Assembly (NCBI GenBank): GCA_964496765.1
Contig: CAZCAP010000002.1
Location: 98,476-106,864 of the forward strand
Direction: 5' to 3'
Source of the DNA: an uncultured archaeon
GTDB taxonomy: Archaea > Iainarchaeota > Iainarchaeia > Iainarchaeales > CSSED10-239
DNA length: 8,389 nucleotides
Positions 6,203-8,389 of the stretch are shown in pieces. How positions within the stretch are numbered: position 1 is the stretch's first letter; every line of letters starts with the position of its first letter. The translations under genes were made by a program, and so were the position numbers. The notes beneath the pieces are model-generated. The model saw only the letters and a list, made by a program, of their open reading frames with translations, was not told the DNA's origin and did not search any database.

Positions 6203-8389
6203 ATGAAAAACATAAATGTAAGGAAAGTAGTAGCTGGAGTAGCTGCACTTGGTATTTCAGCAATGTTCGCTGGTGCTGTAGTAGCTGCTAACGTTACAGA
6301 TGCTACATGGATAGCTCCAAACGCTTTAACCAAAGCTGACCTTTTCACAAACGGAGTTCCTGCATATAACATCGTACTTGGATCAATGGCAATGCCAGTT
6401 GACGTAGTATGGGCAGGTAACATCGCAGCAGCTATCGGAAAGAAAGCATACACAACAACATCTGCAGGCGGATCAGCAACTTTAGGCGACGTTGTAGTTG
6501 AAGTTGGAACATCAGGAGCAACAACAATATCTGGTGACGGTAAGTTATTTAATGACTGGGTACTAGGAACCGCTTCAGAAGAAACACTCGATGATTCTGA
6601 CTACACATTATTAAAGGATTATGATGTAAAAGTTGATGATTCATTGTTTACAGATGATTCTGAGAATGTAAAAGATAAGATTGGATTAACTGCAACAATT
6701 GCATTCGATTCTGACAAAGATGTTGCTGATTTAACAGCTACAATCCTAAAGAAAAATATCGATTACAATATAGAATTTACTCCTGCAATAAAATTGGGTG
6801 CTGATGATTCTGGAAGTCCAGATATGAAGTTCAATTTAATGGGTAAGCAATATACTGTTGAAGATTGGGATGGTGCTGTTTTAAAGTTAGTTCAAAATAA
6901 AGCAACTACACCATATTCTGTAGGAGATACTTTTGAATTAGAAGGATATACAATTGAAGTATTAACAATCCTTGAGGCATCATCAGCAGGATCTACATTT
7001 GAAGTTGAAATGTCTATAAGTGAAGATGGCGTAGTTAAAGCAACAGAAGTATACGCTGATGGAGAAACAATATTTGATGAATTCTTAACAATTGATACAT
7101 CTATTGATACTGTATACAATACAAGAATAACTGTTGTTTCTGGAACTAGTGCAAGAATGACCATAGAAAATGGAAAAGTTATTAAAGATTTCCCAAATAC
7201 AGGTGATAAAATCTGGTTTGCTGATTTAACAGAAGATGGATCTAATGGTTTATCAAAAATTAACATCTACAATAACGATGTAGATATTCAATGGAAAGAT
7301 GAAGATGCATTAAGAGTTGGAGATAAGATAACTTTACCAAACGACTTTGCTGAAATTGAATTCCTTGGATTAACAGAGGAATCTTCAAAAGTAGTAACTG
7401 TTGAAAACAATGTTTTATCATACACAGATATTACAGATGATGACCATGATTTATTTGTTTATGAAGAAGACACAGGAACATATAATTCAGGTGACACATA
7501 TACAACAACTAGTGAAATTGATGGTAAGAACTTGTATTTCACATTCACTACAGCAGTAGAAGCTGCAGTTGGAACATGGGATACCTGGGCAAACGGTGCA
7601 GATTCACCATATGGTGTAATTAATACAGGAACACAACAAGATGGTTATTTCACTGTTCAGTTAGATGATACAGATGGAAAGTACTTAACTGCAGATGCAG
7701 CAAACCCAACAACATGGACATGGGCAACAGAAGCAGTAGCTGGAACACCAGACATCTTACAAAAGATAGTTTACAACTCAGATGAATTTACTTCATTAAT
7801 GATACCATTATACAATAATGAAGCAAGAAAAATTGCATATGGTGTGTATGTAAGCGAATCTAGTAATTTAGTAATAGACCAAATTGGTATTGGTTTAGCT
7901 GAAGGTGCAGTAGGAACAATGGAAACAGGACAAACATGGACTGTTGGAGATATCTATATTGGAATAGATTCTGCTACAACAAAAACAGGTACATTCGTTG
8001 GTTCTACTACAGCAGTAACTGATGCAACAATCGCTAGTACAGATATGAAATCAATGTTTGAATTAAAAGTTACAGACGGTACAGATACAGCTGTAGCACA
8101 TATTGATGCATATACTGGTGATCTTGTAGATACAAGTGACAATGATTATTTCACTGGGTTACCTAACCAAGTTGAAATCGACACTGGTACAGATTATGCA
8201 TTAAACCAAGATAACTCTGATGATTTAACATGGGGTTATACAGAATTTGGTTCAAAGATTGAAGTTGATGGTGGATTATTCACTGCAACAGTTCCTGAAA
8301 AACAACTTTACGGACAAATCTTCATTGGTGGTGGAACATCATCTTCAACCACATTAAATGGTGGAGAAGTAACTTTAACAACTGTTGGC
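6203..8389 (+). CDS. S-layer protein (Methanocaldococcus/TIGR01564-type), 3'-truncated by the window edge
   Basis: Hand translation gives 729 open codons to the window end, no stop. Signal peptide MKNINVRKVVAGVAALGISAMFAGAVVAA, then YNIVLGSMAMPVDVVWAGNIAAAIGKKAYT, typical of the S-layer N-terminal domain. Acidic, Thr/Asp/Gly-rich, no Cys seen. Confidence 0.88.
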   Translation, partial: MKNINVRKVVAGVAALGISAMFAGAVVAANVTDATWIAPNALTKADLFTNGVPAYNIVLGSMAMPVDVVWAGNIAAAIGKKAYTTTSAGGSATLGDVVVEVGTSGATTISGDGKLFNDWVLGTASEETLDDSDYTLLKDYDVKVDDSLFTDDSENVKDKIGLTATIAFDSDKDVADLTATILKKNIDYNIEFTPAIKLGADDSGSPDMKFNLMGKQYTVEDWDGAVLKLVQNKATTPYSVGDTFELEGYTIEVLTILEASSAGSTFEVEMSISEDGVVKATEVYADGETIFDEFLTIDTSIDTVYNTRITVVSGTSARMTIENGKVIKDFPNTGDKIWFADLTEDGSNGLSKINIYNNDVDIQWKDEDALRVGDKITLPNDFAEIEFLGLTEESSKVVTVENNVLSYTDITDDDHDLFVYEEDTGTYNSGDTYTTTSEIDGKNLYFTFTTAVEAAVGTWDTWANGADSPYGVINTGTQQDGYFTVQLDDTDGKYLTADAANPTTWTWATEAVAGTPDILQKIVYNSDEFTSLMIPLYNNEARKIAYGVYVSESSNLVIDQIGIGLAEGAVGTMETGQTWTVGDIYIGIDSATTKTGTFVGSTTAVTDATIASTDMKSMFELKVTDGTDTAVAHIDAYTGDLVDTSDNDYFTGLPNQVEIDTGTDYALNQDNSDDLTWGYTEFGSKIEVDGGLFTATVPEKQLYGQIFIGGGTSSSTTLNGGEVTLTTVG

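Noticed and set aside
6160-6453. Minus-strand ORF of 97 aa opposite the S-layer N-terminus
   Set aside because: Antisense shadow of the S-layer gene; Ala/Pro/Thr-rich composition mirrors GCT/GCA-rich sense codons and the tail is a translated poly-T leader.
6892-7266. Minus-strand ORF of 124 aa inside the S-layer gene
   Set aside because: Antisense shadow with low-complexity Ser/Val/Thr composition; no recognisable domain or promoter.
7954-8142. Minus-strand ORF of 62 aa
   Set aside because: Short antisense shadow of the S-layer gene.
1-8389. CRISPR array, transposon ends, tRNA or rRNA genes
   Set aside because: No regularly spaced direct repeats, transposase motifs, terminal inverted repeats or tRNA/rRNA signatures were seen on reading.

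Overview
AT-rich archaeal window. Gene content and the Methanocaldococcus-type S-layer protein suggest a DPANN-like archaeon (inference). Contents, left to right: (1) the 3' part of a ribose-phosphate pyrophosphokinase gene; (2) a PIN toxin (DUF3368-like) and RHH/UPF0175-like antitoxin pair in toxin-first order, with an 8-bp inverted repeat directly upstream of its TATA box; (3) a minus-strand two-gene unit, BofA-like small membrane protein then endonuclease Q-like PHP protein, convergent with and overlapping the antitoxin gene; (4) a conserved-looking winged-helix protein of unknown function; (5) a tandem winged-HTH plus nucleotidyltransferase gene pair with AbiEi/AbiEii-like layout, the best candidate for an under-described toxin-antitoxin or defence module; (6) a ~400-bp intergenic region with hairpin potential; (7) a long ORF, open to the window end and absent from the supplied track, encoding an S-layer protein with a signal peptide. 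No CRISPR array, tRNA, rRNA or transposase was recognised. The defensible highlights are the two TA-like modules with candidate operators and the reciprocal Lys-rich/T-rich convergent gene ends; no clearly novel multi-gene system is evident.
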